A stretch of 64,000 nucleotides of DNA. Origin: Raillietiella orientalis. Lineage: Eukaryota. The stretch covers positions 434,001 through 498,000 of the forward strand of contig JAYWIR010000065.1 in assembly GCA_036172245.1 (NCBI GenBank). The letters run 5' to 3'. Position numbers and translations under genes: made by a program. A model generated the notes under the pieces. That model searched no databases, was not told where the DNA came from, and saw only the letters and a program-made list of their open reading frames with translations. This document shows, piece after piece, positions 54,163-64,000 of this stretch (position 1 is the stretch's first letter; each line of letters opens with the position of its first letter).

Positions 54163-54531
54163 TCAGAACACCTGGCGACTTGTGTGAATAGATAGCCACA
54201 GGCACTGTGGAGTTTCCGTAGAATCCCGTAGAAGTATTGATCTGTGAAATGCAGCTGATTTACAAAGTGAAGATTTCAAATGGTACAAAAAACCTCCTGA
54301 ACCAATATGCATTGCTTTCAGCCGACTCTTTCTAATGACAGCATCGGTTCTTTTTGTCATTGGTATTGCCTCGGCTGCTTCACTGTAATAAAAGTACACT
54401 TGAAATCTGGTCTTGGATCTGTGGTTGCTTTTGCAACCTTGCATGAATATCAGAAAACCTTCCTGCAAAGCGGGCTTTAAGTAATGACCACAGACGTCTT
54501 CAGAACGCACACTGACCTGGGCAGGTTGCAT
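54163..54531 (-). mobile_element. Possible APE C-terminal remnant
   Basis: SKTRFQVYF (SRIDY-like) and GSGGFLYHLKSSL (GxWKLNxSL-like); weak. Confidence 0.25.
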
Positions 54532-55348
54532 GCTTTTGCTTTCTTGTTTGGCTTCATTCCCAGATATGCCAATATATGAGAATGGCTCGCGATCAGTAAG
54601 AATTGGATAGGCATAGGTGCGGCATGCAACTATTTCTTAATGTGCCTACAACAAACATCTCTCAACCCAAAGTTCTGCTGGGAAGAGGTTTTCTCTGTGG
54701 ATGGTGAGCTTTTCTGTCAACGATCAGAAGTTAGCGTTTGTATCGACAGTTGATGTGAAGATGAATTTTACCGAGGTATTTTGTTTTCGTGGAAGACATT
54801 CGCAACTTTGGCGACTCGCGTTTCCGCAGTCTGACGTCGCCTGGAAACGATTTTGAAAACCTTCCAAAAGGATGTGTGAAAATGTAAACGTCTACCCTCG
54901 ACGGTTGACGATTTTGTGACAGGGATGTCGCTTCGTGCGGTTATTTTCAGTAGCCTTTCGAGCTACTCTGAACCTTCAAAGGGAACCACGCATTGGTGAA
55001 AATTTCTGCGATTTTGTTTTTTTTGGCACAAGAAAACTATACAAAAGCTTTCCGTTTTATTAGGTGCAGATCTGAAGACTGCGACCACGGACCACTGTCT
55101 GTGGAAAAAGTGCATCCCCTAACATTTATTTTCGTATCGATTGTGGACGCAAACGCTAATTTCGGACCATTGAGAGAAAGGAATGCATGAGCTTCTTGAT
55201 CCCCGAATGTTTTATTAAGTTTTCAATAACCCCTATCAACAATTTTCTTTTCTTCCATTGCTAAATTCGTGGGTAATTTACATATTACAGAGATTGAGAA
55301 TTTAAGAACTGAATTTAAGATGAATGAATTTAAGAACTGAATTCTGGT

Positions 55349-56250
55349 TCATATGGAATGGGTAGCAAAGATGCAGTTTGAATGCCTACAGATGCTAATG
55401 CATCTAAAGCACCGTCCGAATATATAAAGCCCCTTCATGGGTGGAGGTATCCATATAAGGGACAAGGCGTTTTGTTTGATAGGTACTGCAGTTTCGCTGC
55501 TGAACTCCCACACCATCAGTGGGAAGCTGCCATCCTTCTCCACTAGGAAGGCCAGAGCCGCCGCTAGGGAGAGGCTCAGTTACCCCGTCCTTTTTCACTA
55601 GATAGGGTACGAGCTCCTAGATGATGAGTTTTTCAGGAAGAGTCTCCGATAGCTGAGGAGATTCGAGGTGGTCACTGTAAATTACGTCCGGGTCTTTACT
55701 GTATCCTGCCACCAGGCAAGCTACTGCATCTTTGAATCGGATCCTCAACTGTTTCCAGACGCCATAGGGCCTCTTTTAGGTGGCCATCAATCCGCCTCCT
55801 TACAGAGCAGAGAGGGAGGAGGAAGGGCAGCATTGGTTTCAAAACGGAGGCGAGCTATGCATTCCGAATCCTCGCCCGTTTCTTGCAAGAGAAATTCGCC
55901 ATGCTGGAACGAGCCTAGGCCAACTCGATTCATTGGGAGCAGGCGGACCACAGATCCTTGCTCATCCCTGCCGGGAACTCCCCCGATCAGACGCCCAGGT
56001 GCTTGAAGTAGCTGCTCCTGGGGATCCCCAAGAGAATTCAGACCGGTCGTCCAGCCCACGCCTCGCCAACAGGAACCACTGAAGACTTCTGTCTGTCTAT
56101 GTGCATGCCCGCTTCCTGGCGGATCAGCTCGAAGTGGATCTGCCGGGGAGCAGGTAGCGGACGTGAGTAACAGCAGCAGCAGCAGATCGTCGGTGTGGGC
56201 CGACATGGCCGGCTTAGCGGGGCACGAGCGCGGCAGGTTTTTCACCCAGG
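55349..56250 (-). mobile_element. Older non-LTR ORF2 3' half (RT catalytic motif to zf-RVT)
   Basis: MSAHTDDLLLLL (YADD-like), GLNSLG (KYLG-like), and a zf-RVT-like tail at 55349-55543. Confidence 0.5.
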
Positions 56251-57511
56251 TAAGCCGGGGCTTTTATTATTAAAAAATTTTTACAAATAAAAAATTCCAT
56301 AATAAAGTCTTGTCTTGAAGTTAATTTTCAGGAAGAACACTTCTGTCAAGTTCTCACAGGCTTGAGGCACCTGTCCCTACCGACCCGCAGGCCGGTAAGG
56401 TCCTCTCCACTGGCGAAGGGGCGGGAAAACCAGGAAAAACACAAAAAGAAAAACGCCTGGGGGAACAATGTTTATAGGGAGGGGAGGGGAGGGAAGGGAT
56501 CACGGTACGCCGCGAGTGGTCCTCTGCATCCGCGTTTGGATGCGCACAAGTGCAGGTCGTAAGTTCGTAGCCAGGGCCCTCGAGAAACTTTCTCCATGGA
56601 GATGCCCGCCCAGTGAGTGGCATTCCGGCCGTTGTGGCTTCGCACTGATGCAGACCCTTTGTCCAGGATTCCGCGTATGCGGCAGAGAACTGCTGCACAC
56701 GCGGCTGCTGGCAGGGCGTCCCGCATCAGGAGGCGACATCAGCAAAATGTCCTTTGGGTCGCCAGCTGGAATGTTCAGGATCGACGGCAGTCGATTCCAC
56801 ATGGGGAGGAGGGCGACACAGTCGAGTAGCAGGTGCGGGAAGGTTTCTCTTTCCCCGCAGCCTGCACAACGGACATCCACACTCCCCAGTGTCCAGTGGG
56901 AGAGGCGTGCTCTGCAAGGGAGTCCCCAATGGAGCACTAGCAGCGCCGTCTCTTTCCGCTCTAGGGAGAGGGTGCCGTTGTCCCAAGACGCTGGAGGCCA
57001 CTTCACCTCATTTGGAGACATATCGATCAGCTCGCCCCAGCGCACAATTCCATTTGGCGAGACACTCGGGGTTGTAGCGTCCGCTAGTTCCCGGGACGTC
57101 CACGCCTTCATTGGTTTTTTCCTACCTCCAATGAGGCAGGACACTTCCCACGATTCCTCCTCTTGGCTGTTCCTGGCTTCTCTGAGGGAGGGCAGCACGA
57201 GGGCAAGGGGGGTGAATGAAGCCCACTAGAGTTTCCGTGGGTTGGAAACGATCTCCCGCAGGGGCTGTCGAGCGTTCCTGCCTCGACGGAGGCAGGAAAA
57301 GTCCACATCTCTGGAGCCGTTGATTTTTGCCCACGCAGAAACAGACTCCTGGAGCCAAGTTGTCCAGTTCGCAGGGAGGTAGGAGATTCTATATGCGTAT
57401 TCTCTCTCACCAGGGCAACCAAGTCACGTAGCTGAAAACCACCATGGTTGAGGCTGTGGTCGTTAGTCACAAGGATTGAAGTCAACCCATTGGAGCCGGT
57501 CGCTCTACTGG

Positions 57512-58654
57512 CGAGTAGGCATGTAGGGACTCATCATGGCGTTAATGGGGGTACTTGGATCTGTGAGAGATTATGAACTAATGATTGGTACTTTTGACTA
57601 GTAATATTGATAAGAATGACTAAGAATGCGCAGTTACCATTTAGTTCGTGGCTGCCAGAAGCTATAGCGGCACCTACGGCAGTTTCAGCTTTGGTTCATT
57701 CGTCAACATTGGTGACTGCGGGAGTGTATTTGATGATTCGTTTTAATGAAATTGGGATGATGGATAATGCAATGGTTTATGTTGGACTTGTGACAATGGT
57801 GTATTGGGGAATGATAGGAAGAATAAAAGTTGATGTAAGATAATTTATTGAGTATTCAATGCTGAGGCAATTGGGTATAATGTTTATGAGGTTAGGGTTG
57901 GGTATAGGGGTGTTGGTATATTATCATTTATTACTTCATGATGTATTTAAATCAATAATGTTCTTGTGTGCAGGGTTAGTTATCCATGGGTATGATGGGA
58001 GACAAGATTTGAGCAGTATGGGAAGCGTGAGAATGGTTAATGTGCTTTTGGGAGTAATTTATAATGGAGGAGTGATGGGGTTAGTGGGATTTCCTTTTTT
58101 GAGAGGTTATTATAGAAAGTATTATTTCGTAGAGTGAATGTAATAATGGGTATCGGATATTGGATAGATCATTAGATGTTAGTGATAGTGTGGCGGGGGA
58201 TGTTGCGTTAAGTGATAGATATTGTGTTATTAATGATTTTAGGTTTTATGGTAGTAATGGGAGGTAGCGTGGTTGTAGAAGTTGAAAGATTGTATTGTCC
58301 ATTATGGAGAAATCTGTAACGGCTGCAAGTGTGATGATGATGGCTATGGGTTTGAAGTTAATGAGGAGGTTGATAGTAAGAAATCGATTGATGCGTGTTG
58401 GTATAATGGGAGAGATTGATAAAGGATGAATAGATGTGATTAGGAAAGGGGGTATTGTTTATAATGTGGTATAATAGAAATATTTTATAGTATATATTGT
58501 GATTTGTGATTTGAAGTGGGTAATTTCTTTGTAAATGAGTTTGTTGTAGTTGAATTTGAATGCCTCAGAATCCGGAGGGAATAAAATTTTTAATTTTATG
58601 TGGAGCAAAATCTCTGGGAGGAAGATAATAGGGCATTTATTGAGTAATGTGTAA
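57512..58654 (+). pseudogene. nad5: NUMT: mitochondrial nad5 (5'-truncated, decayed)
   Basis: RVG.[65 protein letters not shown] and GFPFLSGYYSK in the invertebrate mitochondrial code (ATA=Met, AGA/AGG=Ser). Strong G/T skew. The 3' end is approximate. Confidence 0.9.
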
Positions 58655-58702
58655 GACGAATTCAGGGTTAGGCCGAAACTAAGTGTGTAATCACTTTTGT
58701 CT
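58653..58702 (-). tRNA. trnR: NUMT copy of mitochondrial tRNA-Arg (TCG), apparently lacking the T arm
   Basis: Minus strand: acceptor AGACAAA/TTCGTCT, D stem GTG/CAC, anticodon arm TTAG-TTTCGGC-CTAA, and only ~7 nt before the 3' acceptor strand. Confidence 0.65.
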
Positions 58703-58945
58703 AAAAACATTCATGAGATGGAGTCGGTGTGTAATTCGTATTGTAGTCTTAGGATTAGGAAAAGAATTAATGACATAATGAAATAGTTATGGAAAATGTA
58801 TGACAGTGGAAAAAGAGATAGGAGAAGAATGATGGCTAGTTTAATAACAAAGATTAAGATGAGCATTGTAATCAAGGAGCATTGAATAGAAAATGGGAAG
58901 CATGCGTTAGTTTTGGGGTCGGAGCCACATTCGAACGGAGATTCC
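58703..58945 (-). pseudogene. nad3: NUMT: mitochondrial nad3 (5'-truncated)
   Basis: SPFECGSDPKTNACFPFSIQ..LIF..YELHTDSISW matches nad3 SPFECGFDP..PFSxxFF..YHEW..W. Confidence 0.88.
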
Positions 58946-59919
58946 AAGTCCCTGCTTGTGGGAATCCCCAGGCGCATCCAGTATGGCTGCCCCCCCAACG
59001 ACGCTCCAATTGGCACGACCGTGGACCTTGTCCTGTTGACGCGCAGGTTTGCTCCCCGGCGTATCGGCCCACAGAATTCCTCGAGCTGCTTCACCAGGAT
59101 GGACCTGGGCAATAGGTTAAGCAGATCGTCAGCGCAGGCCACCACGCCTGGCGTGCACGGACAGGACGTCGCCAGGTTGACCACTGTTGTCCTGTACCCA
59201 CTCAGCACCAACTCGAAGTGGGTGGTGAACAAGATGGGCCTCCGGCTGTCACCTTGCCTAATTCCTCGGAGCATCAGCACGCCGTAAACGTGGCGACTGA
59301 GAAACCCAATGTGTATTATCGCGTTGCGCCATAGCGACCGCAAGTACTCCAAAAAGCAGAAAGGAAGTCCGAGGCGCTCCAGAAGTTCCAGAAGGTGCTT
59401 CTGGTTCACGCAGTCGAATGCTTTCTACAAGTTGACCGCGATCGCGAGAACACTTGGTTCCTCCGCATTTCTGCCAGTACTGTTTCCGGAGCCCTTCCGT
59501 GAGATCTTATCCCTACGGATCTCCGCCACAACCCGCTGTTGCAACCATATCCAAGTTCGCACGAGGAACAGGTTTAACTCCATACTTCTGCCTGAGACAG
59601 CATAGGTCTGCTCCGGACGTAGGAAGGAGTCGGCCAATTGTCCCAGAAGTGCTTCCCACAGCCTGGAGAGCAGATTGAAGTTCCCATTTAACCTAGTAAT
59701 CGGACGCCAATTGCTCACATTGCGCAAGTCTCCTCCCTTTTGCAGGAGACGTACTCTGGCTGACCGAAAGGAAGCTGGCACCTCACCTCTCTCTCGGATC
59801 AGTACGTCCAGCTTCAGTACCAAGGGAGCAAGCTCTGCTGCGAAGGTCCGGCAGCACTTCGCGGGTAGGCCATCATCCCATTTTCTGAGTGCTCCCATGG
59901 CACCGCTGACTTCCGTCAT
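58946..59919 (-). pseudogene. Reverse transcriptase domain of the L1/Tx1 element
   Basis: ORFs 59425-59919 and 58711-59409 are in one frame, split by a stop before KAFD; QGD and ADD motifs present. Confidence 0.9.
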
Positions 59920-60235
59920 AGTAAACGGCTATTTCAGGCCCTCTCGTTCCTCCTCCCCTATCACGGTGATGCATCCCTCCAGCAGACGCTGAGAGAAGGC
60001 ACTTTCCACCGGTGCCCTTGCGTAATGGGAGGAGTAAACGTCGCGCAATAAGCGGCGGACATCCGAAGGTGCCGAGCTCTCTTGGCCTTGGTCTTCCAGC
60101 AGGCAAGACGCTACGAACTACCAAACCTGGCGCTTGACTCCAGTCTTACATTCGGCCAGCGTTCCGACGTAAAGGTGTCTGCAGAGAGTGTGCGCACGGA
60201 GAAAAACTCTGCTATTCTGCACTTCTTCCTCGAAT

Positions 60236-61080
60236 TCAGATAGAAGGAGAGCCCGTGGGAACTGTTCGCAGAACTCTCCGATCCACACCTTGAACACGTC
60301 CCAATCCTCGAGTGTGAAGATGCCGAATCCACGCGAGAAGCCAGGGACAATTTCCACAGCTTCCGAATGTCAAAGCCAATCCCCCGGGAATCCTCCACAC
60401 TTTGATGGGCGGACCCTTTTCTGGAGTCCGCAGCTCGAATTCGAGCCTGGGATGGTCCGAGAGAACCGAAGTCACTCTTCCACGACTGTCCACTCGACAA
60501 CACAAGTGCTCTTCAAGAAAGGCGTGGTCGATGGCCTCGTGCATCCCAGGTTCGCCGGCCAACAAGTTGCATGCATTCGTTGACCTGCACGCGATTCATC
60601 TGCGCCCACTTATCATCTGACAGTAGGCGGACATTAAAGGGACCCGCTATGAGGGGAGTGACGCTGGTGCTTGCGGAGTTTAGCCATCGGCTACCAAGTT
60701 CGCAGAACAACTGCGTCCTGGCGCTGTGGTGCAGCCTCCTGCTGGCCGTGTAGATGTTCGTAACGACGAGTTGGGCTACTTGAAAAGAAGCCTCCCCACT
60801 CGAACTTCCTCGTCGAAACGCGTCTCGAGCACGGCACTCTGCACGGACAGCCTCGAAACAAAGCTCACTCCGCACCAGTGCTCTGTGCCATCCCACCAAT
60901 GTAGCTCACTCTGCACTTCCCGCGATATCCTTGATGTCCTTCTGGGAGATCTGGTGCATCCCCTGGAGCAGAGGGAGATCGAAAAAGCGCAGGATTTCCG
61001 CTACCGAGCGTGTCTTCTCGTCGTCGTGCAGCCCGTTGGCATTCCAACAGGTAAATCGCAGACGAAGAGAGGAAGCATGA
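60236..61080 (-). pseudogene. APE-like endonuclease domain of the L1/Tx1 element (frameshifted)
   Basis: FTCWNANGL, LLQGMH, TNIYTA, IAGPFNV, IDHAF, LSDHPRL. Confidence 0.85.
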
Positions 61081-61777
61081 TAGAGCGTCATGGAAGAGAA
61101 CATGATGGATAGACCCTCCTCCTCCCTCGGTGGGAGGGGCATGCATACAGGGAATGCAGGCAAGTCGTCCATGAACTCGTGCGTGTGCCCCCTTGGATGG
61201 CACTCTTCTGCAACCCTCCTTTGAGATGTCGCGAGAGGCCACTTCCATACCCTCTTCCTGCTCCATTTTGTCCACCTCCTCACGCCTGCCTACCCCCCTT
61301 GGACTTACGCGTTCGCACGATGGATGGGGCATCACCTGCGGCAGCAGAGGAATCCAACTGCTTCTCGGAGTCAGCACCTTGCAGCTCGCAGGTTCCACTC
61401 TGTTGCCGTGAGAAACGCCTCCTTGCAGTCGCGTGCTCAGTTGCGCTTACTTCTGTAAAATTCCAGGACGCAACTGCAGGGACAGCATCGCCACAGCGTT
61501 CGAGGACGACCGCGCTTTTCCGCAAAAGCCGTGCAGAACGACGCGCCACCTGTTCTTCGCTTGAGCGGGACGTGTTTGGCGCGTTTTTGGCGTACGCAGT
61601 ACGTTCCTCCATGCACACTTGAAGGTGCTCGCGTCCACGCACGCTCTTCGCCTTCCTTCTCATTGCTGTCCAAACAACGTCTTCTACAGAATTCTTTCCA
61701 GGGGTATCCCTTTCCTCCCAAGCGGCACCTTTTTCCGCGGAGGTCGCGTCGCGAGTCGGGGGCTGTCTCTGATTTGG

Positions 61778-62209
61778 TCAATTAGCCTCTGCTGCGTTTG
61801 CAGGGCATACCCGCCTAACGTGCCCAAGTTGCTTGCAGCCACGGCACTCAATCTTCGGACATCTCCTCTCGAGGTGTCCCGCTTCTCTGCACTCGCCGCA
61901 AACTTTCGAGTTCCCCACAAACCAGAGTTCGACGTTTCTTCCTCTCATCTCCACTTTACGGGGAAATTTTTCCCTCCCAGCGGAAACGCGCACCGCACCA
62001 AGTCCACTGAACACACATTTGAAACTCTTCAAAAGTTTTCCTTTCAGCCACAGGGAGTGCATGGTGGTGTGATCCTCCAGCGCCGCAGTCTCCTCGTCGT
62101 CGGACGCGCCCGACAAGTGAAGAGCGAAAGACTGATCCTCCCTTGGTTTCTCGATGCTGAATGACGTTCGAAAAAGTCGCCGGGTGAACTCTGTTCTTTT
62201 GCAGACCAA
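61778..62209 (-). pseudogene. Gag-like ORF1 with two CCHC zinc knuckles
   Basis: CGECREAGHLERRC and CRGCKQLGHVRRVC, preceded by FPRKVEMRGRNVELWFVG. Confidence 0.85.
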
Positions 62210-63149
62210 TTCCCAGCCTTCGTTTTTGCAAGCAGTATGAGGGACTCTAAGTCTCCCTCGCGTACCCCGACCCTCGTTGGTCTTCGGTCGAGCTGGAGAA
62301 TCGCTCTCCTTTAGGTGGCTTACCTTATATCTGATTGCTTATTTATAGCCTAAGGCAATATATGTCCGCATTTCCCCATCCTCCGGAGGTCCCGCGTTGG
62401 CCACCGCTGCCGCGGCTACATCGCTTCCCAAGAGTGGAATGGCGTGGAGAAGACTTTCCCGTTCTTCTTATCGAAACCTTCCTCAGAAAGGCATCAGGAA
62501 GTGTTGCCAAGCCAACTTCGTTGAGTACACCTCCCTCCAACCTTCCCTTGGAGGATGTGATGCAAGACCAGAGCAAGAGGAATAGCCTGGCCGCTACGCT
62601 CCTTGCAGCAACGCTGTCCAACCTAAGGGCAAGCCACGACAGTAGCCTGCTGGCGGTATGGGAGCTCTTCTACACGCTTGCTGGAGAAACAAGACCCTTA
62701 AGCAGCTGGGAGAGGAGCGAGCTGGCAAACGTTGCCACTTCCAATTGTGCGAAAGGACTCCTTCAGAGGAACGAGGTGTTCCGTGTGTCCCCCGAAGAAC
62801 TTGTAGTCCCTCCCTCGTGCGTGTACACTTCGGAGTTCCCCCTACCATCGAAACAGGACGTGCTTCTGCTGGTCCAATGCTGTTTCCATTGCAGCCAGCG
62901 CACGAACCAAGGGAGGAGGTAGTTGCATCCTCGTACAGTGGGAGGCGCGGAGCAGGGGAATCGCTCCCGCACCTGCTCTTCGACGGTTTGTTCCCTCCAA
63001 GGACCGTGGTGAAGGCTGTCTTCAGCGCTCCTGCATCCGGAGGAGACCTCAATGGACGTGATACGCCGCTTCACGCGCGGAAGCCTCCTAGGTGCGGTCA
63101 TCGCAATGCTCTGTTACATCCGCGTCATAGTCACGTCCCGCAACCAGTT

Positions 63150-63480
63150 GGAGTCACAGGCGGTTCCAAGAGAGGTCACCGAGATTGCTGCTGGTACCAA
63201 AATGAGAGCAGCTTCCAGATTGCGTCATCTTAAAGAAGTGAGGACCCCACTCACCAGTATACAACGCCCGTTCTGAAAGGATGAACGGTCGAAGCCAAAT
63301 TTCCCTGTCCTCTACCTCCACCCTGCATATCTGCATATCACCCTGTATCCCGTCCTTCCCGTTCTGGATTTTTGGTGTTCCCGACACGCAAATCGGGCAT
63401 AGCGAAATGGCCTGCAATGTCTTCTCCGATTCAGTTCTTCGGAGAATACAGAGCGAATGGCTCAATGTCTCCGGCACCAG
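63150..63480 (-). mobile_element. Possible second decayed ORF1-like remnant
   Basis: GIQGDMQICRVEV..LRPFILSERALYTG..FFKMTQSG resembles the ORF1 pre-knuckle segment; weak. Confidence 0.2.
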
Positions 63481-64000
63481 GGTGGCACGCCTCGTCGCCG
63501 GAAAGCTTTAAGTTCCACCTGCTTAAGCACGAGAGCAGCTACCCGTGAGAAAAATCGCCGCCCATCGAGATGTGGGGGTCAGTGCGTGCACTCATCTTGC
63601 TGGCCAGAGCACCTGGGATGGACAGTTGGACACGCCGGTTGGCGCCTTTCTTGATGATGAATTGAATTCCCGTGCAGGGAACAGAGGAAGAGTACTGTTC
63701 GCGCTTTCCAACTACCTTCGGTAGGAGTTTGTGCTCCTCCCGCTCGGCAATGAACGTTTGGAGGAAGCCGGACGAAAGTCGTAGCCATCCAGAGCCACCG
63801 TAAAAGCGCCTTCGCCAGTGCCACCGCGACTTTGAAATTCGGGAACTCGCGAAATAAAACGATCTGAAAAGATCAGTCCGAGAATTTTGCGAAAAGTTGC
63901 CATCGGCTCTCCTACCATCCGAAATCGGGAAAGGTCAGTAAAATAGAAGTGTTTTTTTGCAAGCGAGCACCCCACGGAGACACCATGACGTCCGAAGGCT

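Larger units (their letters stand above)
56262..62230 (-). mobile_element. Near-full-length, inactivated L1/Tx1-clade non-LTR retrotransposon interrupted by a NUMT
   Basis: ORF1 has two CCHC knuckles. APE motifs are WNANG, LLQGMH, NIYT, AGPFN, IDH and SDH. RT motifs are DGLP, NWRPI, KAFDCV, GIRQGD, ACADDL and LGIP, followed by GGFQLRD and zf-RVT CAGCGERETFPHLLLDC. The 3' end is AATAATAAAAG at ~56261-56271. Confidence 0.92.

Noticed and set aside
55298..55345. Short tandem GAATTTAAGAACT repeats
   Set aside because: Real but trivial slippage duplication of about three units.
57607..58137. Functional nuclear-encoded ND5
   Set aside because: 5'-truncated, contains stops and frameshifts, needs the mitochondrial code and sits inside a LINE, so it is a NUMT.

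Overview
This is eukaryotic (invertebrate, probably arthropod) nuclear DNA. It holds two intact multi-exon genes with very short introns: an EMAP/EML-family microtubule-associated protein (minus strand, ~17703-20976), which includes a 49-nt U12-type intron, and PRMT5 (plus strand, 50370-52912, 11 exons). The rest is mostly decayed L1/Tx1-like non-LTR retrotransposons, with one near-complete copy at ~56262-62230, plus a piggyBac relic. Several pieces of foreign nucleic acid sit among the retroelements. One is a degraded partiti-like dsRNA virus capsid gene (~9333-10050) fused to a hairpin-rich repeat that ends in an A-rich tail. Another is a weak candidate fragment of a negative-strand RNA virus L gene (~24143-24600). 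There are also two mitochondrial insertions (NUMTs): atp6-cox3 (~40120-40960), and nad5-trnR-nad3 (~57512-58945), which lies inside the LINE reverse transcriptase and is fused in frame to it. All homology calls rest on motif recognition by eye; no database search was run, and the boundaries of decayed elements are approximate.
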